37,266 bases of DNA from Octopus bimaculoides (GCF_001194135.2 NC_068982.1:58538918-58576183), one strand, 5' to 3'; shown: positions 23,393 through 36,196, counted from the stretch's first letter. The notes: generated by a model not told the origin, from the sequence alone. Numbers and translations: made by a program.

Positions 23393-23424
23393 TTGCATCA
23401 TACATTAAGATATGATTTGCGCCT

Positions 23425-24960
23425 GTACCCAGGCAGAAGTACCCATTCCTGTGTCTTTATCGGCACAGTGGAGTGGTTTATTGTCTCCTCTTCGTTAACG
23501 AACCTTACCTCCACTGTGCCATACTTCCTTCCTTGCTTTTTAAACCAGACGATGTTCTTTTAGTTTTCTGTATCTTTCTTTGTCGATTATTATTCATTTA
23601 ATGTGTTCCGAATATTTCTCTGGTGGCAACTTAACTCTTATGACCGATTTGAATTTTGTTATCCTTCTTTCAATTTCAGTACTTTTGATGTATATGACCA
23701 TATGCCAGTTGTTCTTCCTCTGTTTTATCTCCTGTTTGTTTCAGCAATGGACCTGGGCTGTCCGAGCAAGTCTTTCTTTTTATTTCCTCTGCCAGTGTAC
23801 CAAAAATTTCTTCTACATCTATGTCTTTTGCTTTGAGTTGCAGTGATGTTCCTGCTTCCTCATTGCCTTCTATTAGTAATGTTAGTGCTGCTGGTGTATC
23901 GAACCAGCTCCTTGTCACTTTCAACTCTCTCTCCTTCTCTTTTTGACTCTCTGGTGGAGAGCTCACATGCTCTTTCCTTTTCCTCCTTTTCACAACGGTG
24001 AATAATTCCTCCTCTCTGTTCTTCTCTCCTTCTGGCACCGCCACTTCGACACTCTGTTGCTTCTGCTCTTCCTCTTTATTTTCCTTCTAGCGGCACCTTG
24101 CTTTCACGTTCCTCTTTTGACCACAAAGATAATATGTTCGTGGTCTTCCTTCCACCATTGCTCTTAGTCTCATGTCGTCTGGTAAAATGATTTCTTCGGT
24201 GATTTCGTGTAAGTCTTTAAGGCTTACTTGTATGGTCATTTCCAGGCCATCCCCTCCATCAATTCACTTTTTTAGTTCTTGTAATTTTCAGTATTTTTGC
24301 TTCATCTTCCATTCTATGCATAACTGCTACCACCAGCCATGCTTCCTTAATCTCGTGGGGTACTCTGCCAATTCTTACTCTGGCCACGGATTTGTCACAG
24401 TAGGTTGGCAGAAGTACCCATTCCTGTGTCTTTATCAGCACAGTGGAGTGGTTTATTGCATCCTCTTTGTTAACGAACCTTACCTCCACTGTGCCATGCT
24501 TCCTTCCTCGCATATAAAATGTGGTTAACCCTTTTATGTCTTTGAGGTATCCCTCTATTACTTCTATTGAGACTATCTCTATCTTGTTAAAAGATGTGGA
24601 TAGCGTTCTGTATACCACTGTCCTCTTTGCCACGTTATTGATTAGTTCCTCTGGTGGGGTCAGCTTCAAACTGGCTCCTTCACTTTCTATCAGTTTACTG
24701 CATTCTTTCCATTTTCTGGGCTCTATCTTGACCTCTTGCTCTTCCAGGGTGTTGGTATTTAAACCTTTTGTTGTAGCTGATGCATAACTGGCAGTTGGTT
24801 CCTGTTCCATCTCATCTCTGTTTTCCATTTCACCCATAATGGGGAAGAAAACAAACACAGAATCACACACCCCTAGGCAGGCAAAAACAGCAACAGTAAT
24901 TTAACAATTCAACAAATCATAGGTTCACCCACGCGAGGAGACCTTCAACAAATATACAAC
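23425..24960 (-). mobile_element. LINE ORF1 (gag-like) relic without ORF2
   Basis: ORF 24870-24259 has an RRM-like segment (GTVEVRF...VRIGRVP). After a stop and frameshift it continues VEGRPRTYYLCGQKRNVKARC (a decayed CCHC knuckle) and an E/K-rich region. This layout resembles L1/Tx1-type ORF1. Confidence 0.65.
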
Positions 24961-25129
24961 AAAGCGACTCATGTCTAATTGGGATCAAAAATGATTTAAA
25001 AAAACAACAAAAACACCTCGCTGGCTGACATTACTGACTGTGGCAGTCCACTATTTTATTAGAAGTGGACCAGCCCACTTCTCACCGAGGGACATCTGCC
25101 ACAACAATGTCAGGGCTGGTTGGCTACAT

Positions 25130-25560
25130 AGGTGGCTGGCTAGCAAGGTTAGTTGCTTGTTCAATTGAATAACTAATCAATTGATTGACAAATAGCTGGA
25201 CTAATAGCAAGATTAATTCTTTGTTTCATTGTTAGTAAGTAAGTTTGTTTGTTTGATTGGTTGGTTGCTCACTTGCTTGCTTGACTAATTAACTGGTTGG
25301 CTAATTAAGCATTTGCCCAAATTGTTAGTTGATCAATTGATTGGTTGTTTGATTTGTTGACAGCTTGCTCAATTGGTTCGTTGGCTGGCAAGAAGATTTT
25401 TGGTTGAATTTATAAGTTTGTTAACTTGTTGACTGTTTGACTGATTAGTTAGTTAGTTGTCTGTTAGTGATGCTAGTTAGTTGGCTGGTTGGTTGGTTGG
25501 TTGGCTGGTTGGACAGTTGACTGGTTATTTAGCCAACAGAAAAATAGCATTGTTAGTGAG
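25130..25560. repeat. degenerate (GTTG/GTTA)n tetranucleotide tract
   Basis: Repeating ggtt, agtt and tgtt units. Confidence 0.8.
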
Positions 25561-26019
25561 TCGATCAGTCAATCAGATAGCTACAAAAAGTGTCTCAGAT
25601 GAAACATACACATGATCCACTGCACTTAGTATCATAAACGTTAAGAGTCGTCCGTCAACCCTCAGCCATTTCGACTTTTGGCCAACACTTTCCATTTATG
25701 ACAAGCAATAATTGTCAGTGCAAGATTTTAAACTTCAATGGCACTACCTGTTTCTAGAGAGAATGAAACGGATTCTCCCAAAAGATAAAAAAACAAAAAA
25801 AAAACAAAGAAAAAAAAATCATTGACAAAGGAATCTTTAAAAAAATATATCAAAAACCAGAAAATGGTTAGTGTTTGGTCTCGTCGTTGATGCACTGATG
25901 CCATTATACCTGTAAATTCTTACACAGCTGTCAAAGAATAACTCAAAGTGTGCACAAGATATCAAAATGACATATTGGTATCATTTCAAGAAGTTTGTTG
26001 CAAGAAATGCCATTATTCC

Positions 26020-26165
26020 ATATATATACATACATATACATATATATATATATGTAACCACAGAGAGAGAGAGACAAAAACATGGATATATTTATATATA
26101 TATAATACACATGTATAATACATAAAAATAAGTACATACAATATGTATGTAATATATGTACACAC

Positions 26166-26201
<36 letters not shown>

Positions 26202-26333
26202 TAGATAGAGAGAGAGAGAGAGAGAGGGAGTACATATACATATATATATCAATACATATACATACATACATATATATATATGTGTGTGTGTGTATATAAT
26301 ATATATATATATATTCATATGTGTGTGTGTAAA

Positions 26334-26380
<47 letters not shown>

Positions 26381-26949
26381 TCACACATATATATGCATAT
26401 ATATGTTCATTTCCTTTTTTTTTTTTTGATAGTTTTCTGTCTTTTGGGGCATAATGTTTTTGGCTGGGGTTTTAGAAGAGTTTCTTTTATTCTCTTTCTT
26501 ATTTTTTCCTTGCCTTTTTTCTTTTTTTTTTGTACCTTTTAATCATTTTAGAAGCTGCTGGAAAATTTGCAGCATGGCCGAGAGGGAAGTGACGTATTAG
26601 CATTGCATTTAAATTGAAGTCACACATCGGCACTCTGTTAAAACACCATATCCTAAGACATTATTCCATATAAGTATGCGTGTGTGTGTGTGTGTGTGTG
26701 TGTGAGTGTGTGTGTGGTAATGACAGAGGGTGGTAGTGGAAGTTATTAAAGCGAGAGAATGGTACAAAGAGTGGCTGATGGACAAAATGTGAAACTGAGG
26801 TATGTAGAAATGTAGAGAGTGGGGGAGAAAAGGAAATGGGAAGAGAATGAGGGGAAATTACTTTTAGAGAGATTTGGCACAAAGATAAAGAGGGGGACAG
26901 AAATTTGATAATTAGCTAGAGAGATGGCTTGATAGTTTTGCAGATGAAG

Positions 26950-27021
<72 letters not shown>

Positions 27022-27174
27022 GTATATATATATATACATATATATATGCATGTATATATATATATATATAAGTATGTACATATATATATATATGCACACA
27101 TATATACATATATAAATCTACACATGTATACATACACACATTTATATATATATATATGTATGTATGTATGTATG

Positions 27175-27207
<33 letters not shown>

Positions 27208-27638
27208 TTATATATATACACATAACGTGTGTGTGTGTAAAAGAGAAAGAAAAGCATTATAAAAAATTGGAATATCTTTTTACAAGTCAAGACACCCATT
27301 TTTTGGTAAGCAATTAAGAAGATCATTCTGTCATATCTATCAAAGAGATGGCCTTATTTTCACAGCTAAACACTGTTAAAAGCACACAAGAAGATTTGAG
27401 ACATTTTCTTATCTTCCTATGGAGTCATCTTTTTCTTACAGTTCTGTTTTTTTTTTTTTTCATCACTATTTTTTTTTCTTTGGAGGGGGGTAGTAATTTG
27501 TGGAAGAGAAATAAGTCATTGAAATTTATATTGAGTGCATCCATTGCCATCCGTAAGGACATCTTTTGGTCTTTTTTCATTATTGTGTACATATGTTGGA
27601 GATATAGAATTGTGTATGGGAAGAGAGAGAGAGAAAAA

Positions 27639-27673
<35 letters not shown>

Positions 27674-27964
27674 AGGAAGAGAGAGAGAGAGGGAAGGAAG
27701 AGGGAGAGAGAGCATTGAGTGGTTGGATGGGAGATGGCTAAAAGAAGTGATGTGTGATTAAATAGATGACAAATACACATGCATGTCTCACTTCCTCTTT
27801 CATTTTCTATTTTCTCTCTCTTTCATATATGCATGTGTATGTGTGTGTGCATGGGTGGGTGGGTGTATGTGTATATATGTGTTTGTGTGTATATACATAC
27901 ATACATACATACATATATATATATATATCATCATTTAACATCTGCTTAAACGATGATGATGATG

Positions 27965-27997
<33 letters not shown>

Positions 27998-28245
27998 TGT
28001 ATGTATGTATGTATGTATGTATGTATGTATGTATGTATGTATGTATATATATATATATATATATACAGAGAGAGAGAGAGAGAGGGATATAGCTATAGAT
28101 AGGTAGTTAGCTACATAGATAGACACACACATTCACACACACACACGTATATACATACACACACATGTATATATACTTATGCATTCACATATATATGCAT
28201 ACATATCTACATATATATGCACATATATAAACATGTACACACACG

Positions 28246-28289
<44 letters not shown>

Positions 28290-28407
28290 TACACATATAT
28301 TCATGCACACACACATATATCTATATATATACATATATACATGCACACACATATATATACATACACATACACACACACACATATATATACATGCACACAT
28401 GCAGATA

Positions 28408-28460
<53 letters not shown>
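26020..28460. repeat. cluster of (TA)n, (CA)n, (GA)n and (ATGT)n microsatellites with short unique islands
   Basis: For example (TA)n at ~26953-27011, (GA)n at ~27623-27700, (ATGT)n at ~27968-28045 and mixed TA/CA at 28120-28460. Confidence 0.9.
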
Positions 28461-28461
<1 letters not shown>

Positions 28462-28462
<1 letters not shown>

Positions 28463-28820
28463 TTCAGTCCCACTGCATAGCACCTTGGGCAAGTGTCTTC
28501 TACTATAGCCTCAGGGCGACTGAAACCTTGTGAGTGGATTTGGTAGACAGAAACTGAAAGAAGCCTATTGTATATATAACTATATACATATTATATGTGT
28601 GTATGTGTGTGTGTTTGCCCACTTCCCCCCAACAACGTTTGACAACCGTTGCTGGTGTGTTTATGTCCCCGCAACTTAGCAGTTTGGCAAAAAAGACCGA
28701 TAGAATAAGTACTAGGCTTACAAGGAATAAATCCTGAGATTGATTTGCTCGACTGAAGGCAATACTCTAGCATGGCTGCAGTCATATGACTGAAACAAAT
28801 GAAAGAATGAAAGAATAAAG
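28462..28820 (+). mobile_element. SINE family A (5' tip missing) with internal microsatellite
   Basis: Colinear with the reverse complement of 5858-6200. Confidence 0.85.
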
Positions 28821-28928
28821 GAATATATATATGTGTGCGTGTATATATATGTATATATGCATACACACTCACACATGTATGCAGGACAGCCACATTATGT
28901 TGGCAAATAGCCTTTAATTTATATATAC

Positions 28929-29016
<88 letters not shown>

Positions 29017-29230
29017 CATCTCATCATCATCCTCATCGTTTAACGTCCGCTTTCCATGCTAGCATGGGTTGGACGATTTGACTGAGGACTGGTGAACCAG
29101 ATGGCTACACCAGGCTCCAATCTGATTTGGCAGAGTTTCTACAGTTGAATGCCCTTCCTAATGCCAACCACTCCTAGAGTGTAGTGGGTGCTTTTATGTG
29201 CCACCCGCACGAAGGCCAGTCAGGTGGTAC
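29017..29230 (-). mobile_element. RTE 3' end fragment
   Basis: Reverse complement of ~805-1010. Confidence 0.9.
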
Positions 29231-29294
29231 ATATGTATATATACAGATATATTTATACACGCATATACATAATACATATACCCATACACACATA

Positions 29295-29436
29295 AAGTGA
29301 GCTTCCACACGATTTCCATCAAAATTTACAGGGAATCGATCGGCCAGGGACTATAATGGAAGATGCTTGCTCAATGTGCCATACAGTAGGACTGAAACCA
29401 TATTGCTGCAAAGTGATTTTCTAAACCACACAGCCG
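29295..29436 (-). mobile_element. SINE family A, 5' half, diverged
   Basis: Matches 6095-6245. Confidence 0.65.
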
Positions 29437-29761
29437 TGTGTGTTTGCATGAGCTAGCATTGTTTTGTGGTTAAAAAACTTGTTTAACAACCATATAATTT
29501 TGGGTTTTGCTACATTACATGATATCTTGGTCATTATGTGACCAATAATTTGTGAGTGAAATTTTTTTGGTAAAACCTTTGCAGAAGCCATGTAAGTGAG
29601 CATGTATTAATAAACATGCGTCAGAATGTGTATAATAATGAACTTATTGTCTAAAGTACCCAGATGCTCCATGACACATCAGAAAAAATAACAAAACCAT
29701 TGAATATGCACAGGAAATGAACAATGAATAAGTCTTTTAAAATAAACTGGGTTGGGGGTTC

Positions 29762-30150
29762 TCAGGTGTATTCTTGGTAAATTTCAGGAAGCATGGAAGT
29801 TTTGAAGGATGTAGTGACTCGACAGCTAACAACTGATGTGGGTAGTTTATTCCATGCTTCAGCAATTCTGAGTGTGAAAAAATGTTACAGAAAGCCATGG
29901 ATGCTCTGTTGGTTTCTTGATTTTGCAAGCATGTCCAAGAGTGTTAGACATACGGAATTCAAAAAGGTGCCCAAGGTTGTTGGAAAGATGGTGGATAATC
30001 TTATGGGTTTCTACCAAATTGGTTGCCAGACGTCAGAGCTTCAATATGTCTATACCCAGGGAAGCAAGATGTTCAGAGTATGGTAGATGCCAGACAGCAG
30101 GTATTCTTCTGGTTGTAGAGGTGTTTCTGTACATCTTCACATTGATACTG
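29762..30150 (-). mobile_element. CR1/L2-group LINE ORF2 C-terminus
   Basis: Reads TTRRIPAVWHLPYSEHLASLGIDILKL*RLATNLVETHKII...GHACKIKKP...FFTLRIAEAWNKLPTSVVSC...SFK, with the stop at 29764-29762. Confidence 0.88.
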
Positions 30151-30459
30151 TTTGAGCAATGGTATAGTTGTTTACATCTTTGGCAAACAATATTTTCTGT
30201 GGATTAGTAGGTATGTTGGATATGATATGTGAAGATCAAGAGAGTATGAATAACATATAAGAACATGTGATGGGATGTTATTGGACTGTAGAATACATTG
30301 CAGCATATACACAAAACTGCCTCTATAAGAGTCAGCCAACTCATGCTCGTGTGGAAAAAGAGTAAGTAAAAATAATGATCATGAAATGTATGTGTTGTCT
30401 GGTTTCCTAATTCCCCCAATTGTAATCCCTTAAATTATTATTTAAGGGGGGAAAAATTT

Positions 30460-30741
30460 GAGAAAGACTTCGACTGCTCTGTCTGCAATATCAATGCCAA
30501 GGTCAAAGAGGTGCCAAAAATCTTCCCAGAGTCATAGTGAAGAATGCATACACCAGGTTCCAGACCTGTCTTTGGGCCATGGTGCAAGCTGAAGGTAGTT
30601 GCTTTGCATAAACTGTTATCCCCCAGCAATAATCTAGTTGAGATTTTTTTGATTTTTTAAGAAATAACTTTTATTTTTCGAGGGGATATTTTGTTTTCTT
30701 TTACTTTTATGAAAACTGCTGAATTTGGCTCAAACATCCTG
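30460..30741 (+). mobile_element. second maT/mariner transposase C-terminus with right terminal repeat
   Basis: NLPRVIVKNAYTRFQTCLWAMVQAEGSCFA* parallels the C-terminus at 6950-7047. Ends catcctg followed by TA. Confidence 0.65.
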
Positions 30742-31020
30742 TATATTCATCCATCCATCCATCCATCCATCCATCCATCACATACACATACACACACAAA
30801 CACACACAGGCATAAAAATGTCAAACTGTGTTGAACAAATGAGAAGAGTGTGCTCCATACTCGTAGAGTCTATGGCTTATTGAAAATGAATGTTTATTTT
30901 TCATCTCAACATTCTTGAAGTATCACGAAACTCAAGTCACAAGATAAATATTCAGTTTCAATAAACTACATTTGTGTATATAATACAGATATATGTAAAT
31001 ATGTGTGTGTGTATACATAA

Positions 31021-31240
31021 AGAAAAGGAGGAGGGGAGGGAAGAGGGGAGAAGGCAGAGAGAAGGAGGGGGAGAAGGCAGAGAGGAGGAGGGGGAGAAGG
31101 CAGAGAGGAGGAGAGGGAGGAGGAGGAGAGGGAGGAGGAGGAGAGGGAGGAGGAGGAGAGGGAAGAGGAGGAGAGAGAGAGGAGGAAGAAGAAGAGGAGG
31201 AGAGAAAGAAGAAGAGGAGGAGAGAGAGAGGAAGAGGATG
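31021..31240 (+). repeat. polypurine (GGA/GAG) tract with 23-bp and 15-bp sub-repeats
   Basis: Almost entirely A/G. ggggagaaggcagagag recurs three times, then gagggaggaggagga three to four times. Confidence 0.9.
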
Positions 31241-31739
31241 AGGTTTGTTGAGATTTTTAATCGATAAGAATATATTGCAAGGCAAGGAAGAAAATGAGAA
31301 AAGAAGATGGTTGTGGTAGCAATGATGAGAAAGGCATCATTGTCATCATCATCGTCATCACCAATGAAAACAACAATAATAGCAGTGGCGATGTCACTAT
31401 AATGATGATGATGATGATGATGATGAAGAAGAAGAAAAGAAGACAGAAGATTAATGAAGAAGAACAAGAGGAGGCAAGAATTATCATGGTTCAATGACGT
31501 TGAAGACTTTCTTCACTGTCTGTTTATGAAGATTGATGCTATTGGGCGACAAAACTATGACCAGGATATAGAAACTTCCTCATAATTGGAAGAAGTCAGA
31601 GAGAAAATGAGGAATTTTTTTGTTTTTCTTCATCAAGAATTTAATGCTTGGTTTGTTGGGATTTTTAATCCTGCACTGTTTGGATTACACACTTGAAAAA
31701 TTGACTTATAAAATTTTGTTCTTTCTTCCACTACAGCCA

Positions 31740-32890
31740 TCACAATCTTCAACACCACCTCAAGAAAACCAGCTTCACCACCACTACCACCACCATGAAA
31801 ATCACTTATACAACCACCACAATCACAACAACCAACTACTACCAGCATCAGAACCCCTGAACAACCACCAGAACTAGCACCAATACACCAAAAACGAAAC
31901 TATTTCCAGCACCACGATTGGATCGACAACACTACTTTGATGACCACCACCACCTCAATCACAACAACAATAACAAGCATCACCACCACCATCATTGTAA
32001 TTCTGAAACAACTAGCAACACAAAGCATGCCAAAAAGGAAACTATCTTTGACATCCCAATCAACAGAACCACAATCTTTAACAATATGTCAAGAAAACCA
32101 GCATCACTACTGCCGCCACCACCACCACCGCTGCCGCTGTCGCCACCACCACCAAAACAACAAGAACAACAACAAACATCTCCTCCTCCTCCTTTTCCTC
32201 CACCAACACCAACACAACCATTACAATCACAACAACAAATAACCATCAAAACAACCACCACCACTACCACAACAACAGCAACAACTATAACCAGCACCAC
32301 TACCACCACCACCTCCTCCTCCAGAAGCACTCACACAAACACAACAATACCATCAAACATAAATATAATCACAACAATAGCATCAAAACTACCACAGCCA
32401 CCACAAACACCACCACCACCACAATCACTACAACCACCACCATCACCATAATTACAGCAATCAATACCATCAAACCTACCACCACCACCACCACTACCAC
32501 CGTCACAACCTCCAAATAACTACCACTACAAACATCAACAAATTAAAAACAAAACTGCACCCTGACACCTCAACCAACAACACCACTATCACCAATGCCA
32601 CCACAATTTTCAACACTACTTCAAGAAAACAATCTTAACCACCACCACCACCACCACCACCACAAACACTGTCACCACCACCTTCACAATCACAGCAACC
32701 AATACCATGAAAATTACCATCCCCACAATCATCACCCACCCAAACAACCACAAACACAACAAAAAGGTAAAAACTACCTCCATCATCACTACAATCTCCA
32801 ACACTTCCAACATGACCACCACCACTTAGAATAATAAGATCATCACAAAAGCAACAACTACTACCACTAGCGCTTGCACCATCACCTCTA
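31740..32890 (+). repeat. (CAC/CAA)-derived low-complexity tract
   Basis: About 1.1 kb of decayed trinucleotide repeats, strongly G-poor on the + strand. Confidence 0.85.
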
Positions 32891-33364
32891 CCACTACATG
32901 CATCCTTTTCTACTCAAGGCACAAGACCTGAAATTTTAGGGGAGGAGTCCAGTCAATTAGATCAACTCCAATACACAACTGGTACTTAATTTATCTCCCT
33001 CCAAAAGGATGAAAAGCAAAGTTGACCTCAGCAGAATTTGAACTCAGAACGTAAAGACAGACAAAATACTATTAAGCATTTTGCCCGACATGCTAATGTT
33101 TCTGCCAGCTCACTGCTTTACCACTACATACATCCTTTTCGGCTCTAGGCGCAAGGCCTGAAATTTTGGGGGAGGGGTCCAATCGATTAGATCAACTCCA
33201 GTACGCAACTGGTACTTAATTTATCGACCTCCAAAAAGATGAAAGGCAAAGTTGACCTCAGCGGAATTTGAACTCAGAACGTAAAGACAGACAAAATACC
33301 GCTAAGCATTTTGCCCAACATGCTAACGTTTCTGCCAACTTACTGCCTTACCACTACATACATC
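32890..33364 (-). mobile_element. two tandem SINE family B copies separated and flanked by a 15-bp direct repeat
   Basis: Period is exactly 230 bp; accactacat(g/a)catc occurs at 32890, 33120 and 33350. Confidence 0.9.
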
Positions 33365-33429
33365 AACACGACCATCACCACTGACAACACTACCAACTAC
33401 AACCACTACCACCAACAAATAGTGATTTC

Positions 33430-33595
33430 AACTTTTGGCACAAGGCCAGCAATTTCAGGGCAGGGACTAAGTCGATTACATCGAACCCACCCCTAGTACT
33501 CAACTGGTATTTATTTTATCAACCCTGAAAGAATGAAAAGTAAAGTGAACATTGGTAAGATTTGAACTCAGAGCATAACGATGGATGAGATGCTG
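33430..33595 (-). mobile_element. third, more diverged SINE family B fragment
   Basis: ggcacaaggccagcaatttc...actggtatttatttt...tttgaactcagag. Confidence 0.7.
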
Positions 33596-34081
33596 CTACC
33601 ACAAACAAATATTGCCAACAAAAAACAAACAAAAATACCAGTACTAGGACTATCACCACCAACTCTACTAACACCACCACCAGTACCACCACCACAACTA
33701 CTACCATCACCACTTTTGTCTTAAGGGATATACAAATCTAAGTGTTTAGTGTGAAAACTATGTTAAATACAATGAGACCAATTTGATCTTCCAGATTTCA
33801 TTATCATGCTAAGGAAATCTGTTTTTGAAAGTAAATATGTATGTTATATAAATGTGTGAAGGGTGTATATATATACAATATAAATGTCAGTGTGTATATA
33901 TTTATGTACAAATGTATACATATCACACAGACATATATGTATATATGCACATGTGCATGAATGTTTGTGTTTGTGTGTATATATATATATATATATGCAT
34001 ATATATGTGCACATATATAATGCATATATATGCACACATATATGTGCATATTTATATGCATAAATAAATGCACATATATAA

Positions 34082-34115
<34 letters not shown>

Positions 34116-34767
34116 TATATATACAGGCATATATATGCATATATGTGAATATATGTATTGCATATATATGTTATACATATGCATACACACACATATGTAT
34201 GTATGTTTTCTCTTTTACAGTTTATATATTTCTATTCATGTCAAATAAAGTCCTGCCTCAAGTCTTTGGACTTTAGATGCTAAATGTGCAATACATGCAT
34301 ATTTACCATTTTCCGTCCCTGTTCTTTCTTTTCTTGTTTTTTTTTATTTTGTTTTTTTCCTTTCCCTTTTCCCCTGTTTTTTGCTTATCACTTCATAAAA
34401 TTTCCTGTCTCCTCATTGATACAAAATGTCATCAGTAATTCCTGCTAAGCTTGGCTGGCTGGCCACGATGCATTGAAAAACAACAAAAACAACAAAAACA
34501 AAAAAAAAAGGGAATGAGAGAAATATACACGTACAATCAAAGAGACAACAGAAACAACTGCAGCAAACAAGTGAAACACGCCAAAAAAAAAGCAAAAAAA
34601 AAAACAAATAATAATAATAATAATAATAAAAGTAAACAAGGTGTGAGGAAATTAGCCATGAAAGTCAGTCGAGTGGTTAAAATGAAGTTTTTAGAATCGT
34701 AAATGATGTGTACAGATTTCACACTGCTACACTTGGCTTGAAGCAAAGGCAGCAATCAAAACGACAA

Positions 34768-34952
34768 CTACAATAATAATAATAATAATAATAATAATGA
34801 TAATAATAATAATAACAACAATGATGATGATGATGTTCATAATAATAATAATAACAATGATGATGATGTTGATAATAATAATAATAAATATAATAATGAT
34901 ACTGATCATAGCAATAATAATAATGATAATAATAATAATAATAATAATAATA
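34768..34952. repeat. (AAT/GAT)n compound microsatellite
   Basis: Visible trinucleotide units. Confidence 0.95.
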
Positions 34953-35369
34953 AAATTAGAGCTTTGCTACCAAAGATAGACAAAACCCTAATTTTAATGA
35001 CTGAATGACTTACTGACTCAAGGTGGAATTTGGGTGTAATGGTAATGGAATTATGTCTGAGACAAAATTACTGACATACCTGTCTCAGAATAGCTTTCAT
35101 TTTGTTCTCTATTTCTTTACTATTATTATTATATTTTATTTTATTTTATTTTTGTTTATTTTTATTTATTTATTCTTTTTGTTTCGTTGTACCTGAATGT
35201 GTTCCCTTATAATCTCATCACAGAACATCTATATATAGCAGCCAAGATCTTCATACCTTTTTCCTAACTAAAAGAATTCCCCTCTGCTCCAGGTCGTTTG
35301 GGAACTATTAGCCATTTCATGTCTATCACATTTCTCTAATTTCGATTTCATACATTATAACAAACTGTG

Positions 35370-35637
35370 AAGTCATGTGGTCTAGTGGCTATGGTGTTGC
35401 ACTCATGATCACAAGATTGTGGTTTCAATTCCCAGACTGGCCATGCATCATGTTTTTTTTAACATCTAAACACTTCATTTCATGCTACTCCAGTCCACTC
35501 AACTGCTAATAGGTAACCCTGTGAGGGACTAGTGTTCCATTCAGGGAAATATTAGCCTGCCTGCCTAGCCAGCAGGATAGCATCATTCAAAAGCTAAAAT
35601 AATGCAAACCACATTGTGACTAGTGGTGTATAACAAT
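35370..35637 (+). mobile_element. diverged tRNA-derived SINE
   Basis: Head tggtctagtgg...ggtttcaattcc, related to the family C head, with a different body. Confidence 0.6.
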
Positions 35638-35906
35638 AATTAAAAATCTGGTCAGTATTGTGATATTATAACAAACTTGGTCATTTCATACCATTGATGA
35701 AAAATTCTACCATCATGATGGTTATCATCACTTTAATGTACATTTTACCAAGTTTGCATAGGTCAGACAGAATTTATTGATGAATATTTTCTCTAGCCAA
35801 ACGCTCTTCCTGTCATGAACTCTTATCTGTTTCAAAGCAAGGTAATATTTTCCCATGACTAGACAAGTTTACAAAGAATATTGGAAATGAATGACAGACC
35901 TCACCA

Positions 35907-36196
35907 GTGCTGGTGCCACATAAAAGGCACCTGGGCCACTCTGTAAGGGGGTTGGTGTTAGAAAGGGCATCCAGCTGTAAAGACCATGTCAAAACAGGCT
36001 TTGTTGGTGCTGGTGCCACATAAAAAGCACCTGGGCCACTCTGTAAGGGGGTTGGTGTTAGAAAGGGCATCTAGCTGTAAACACCATGTCAAAACAGGCT
36101 TTGTTGGTGCTGGTGCCACATAAAAAGTACCTGGGCCACTCTGTAAGGGGGTTGGTGTTAGAAAGGGCATCCAGCTGTAAAGACCATGTCAAAACA
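35907..36196 (+). repeat. 2.9 tandem copies of a 100-bp unit
   Basis: tggtgccacataaaa starts at 35911, 36011 and 36111. The unit is related to the RTE 3' region and continues into a (GAT)n-tailed end at 36293. Confidence 0.95.

Noticed and set aside
26013-28533. Many YI/HT/CV-repeat ORFs
   Set aside because: Translations of TA, CA and TG microsatellites, which lack stops in some frames.
31485-31584. Protein-like short frame SWFNDVEDFLHCLFMKIDAIGRQNYDQDIETSS
   Set aside because: Only about 33 codons, with no recognisable homology and no clear acceptor upstream.
31918-32834. His/Pro/Thr-rich ORFs resembling a transcription factor low-complexity domain or a mucin
   Set aside because: Decayed CAC/CAA repeats that are open in several frames, with no recognisable domain or splice structure.
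35907-36196. CRISPR-like or coding tandem repeat
   Set aside because: Units are contiguous with no unique spacers and derive from a retroelement 3' region in eukaryotic DNA.
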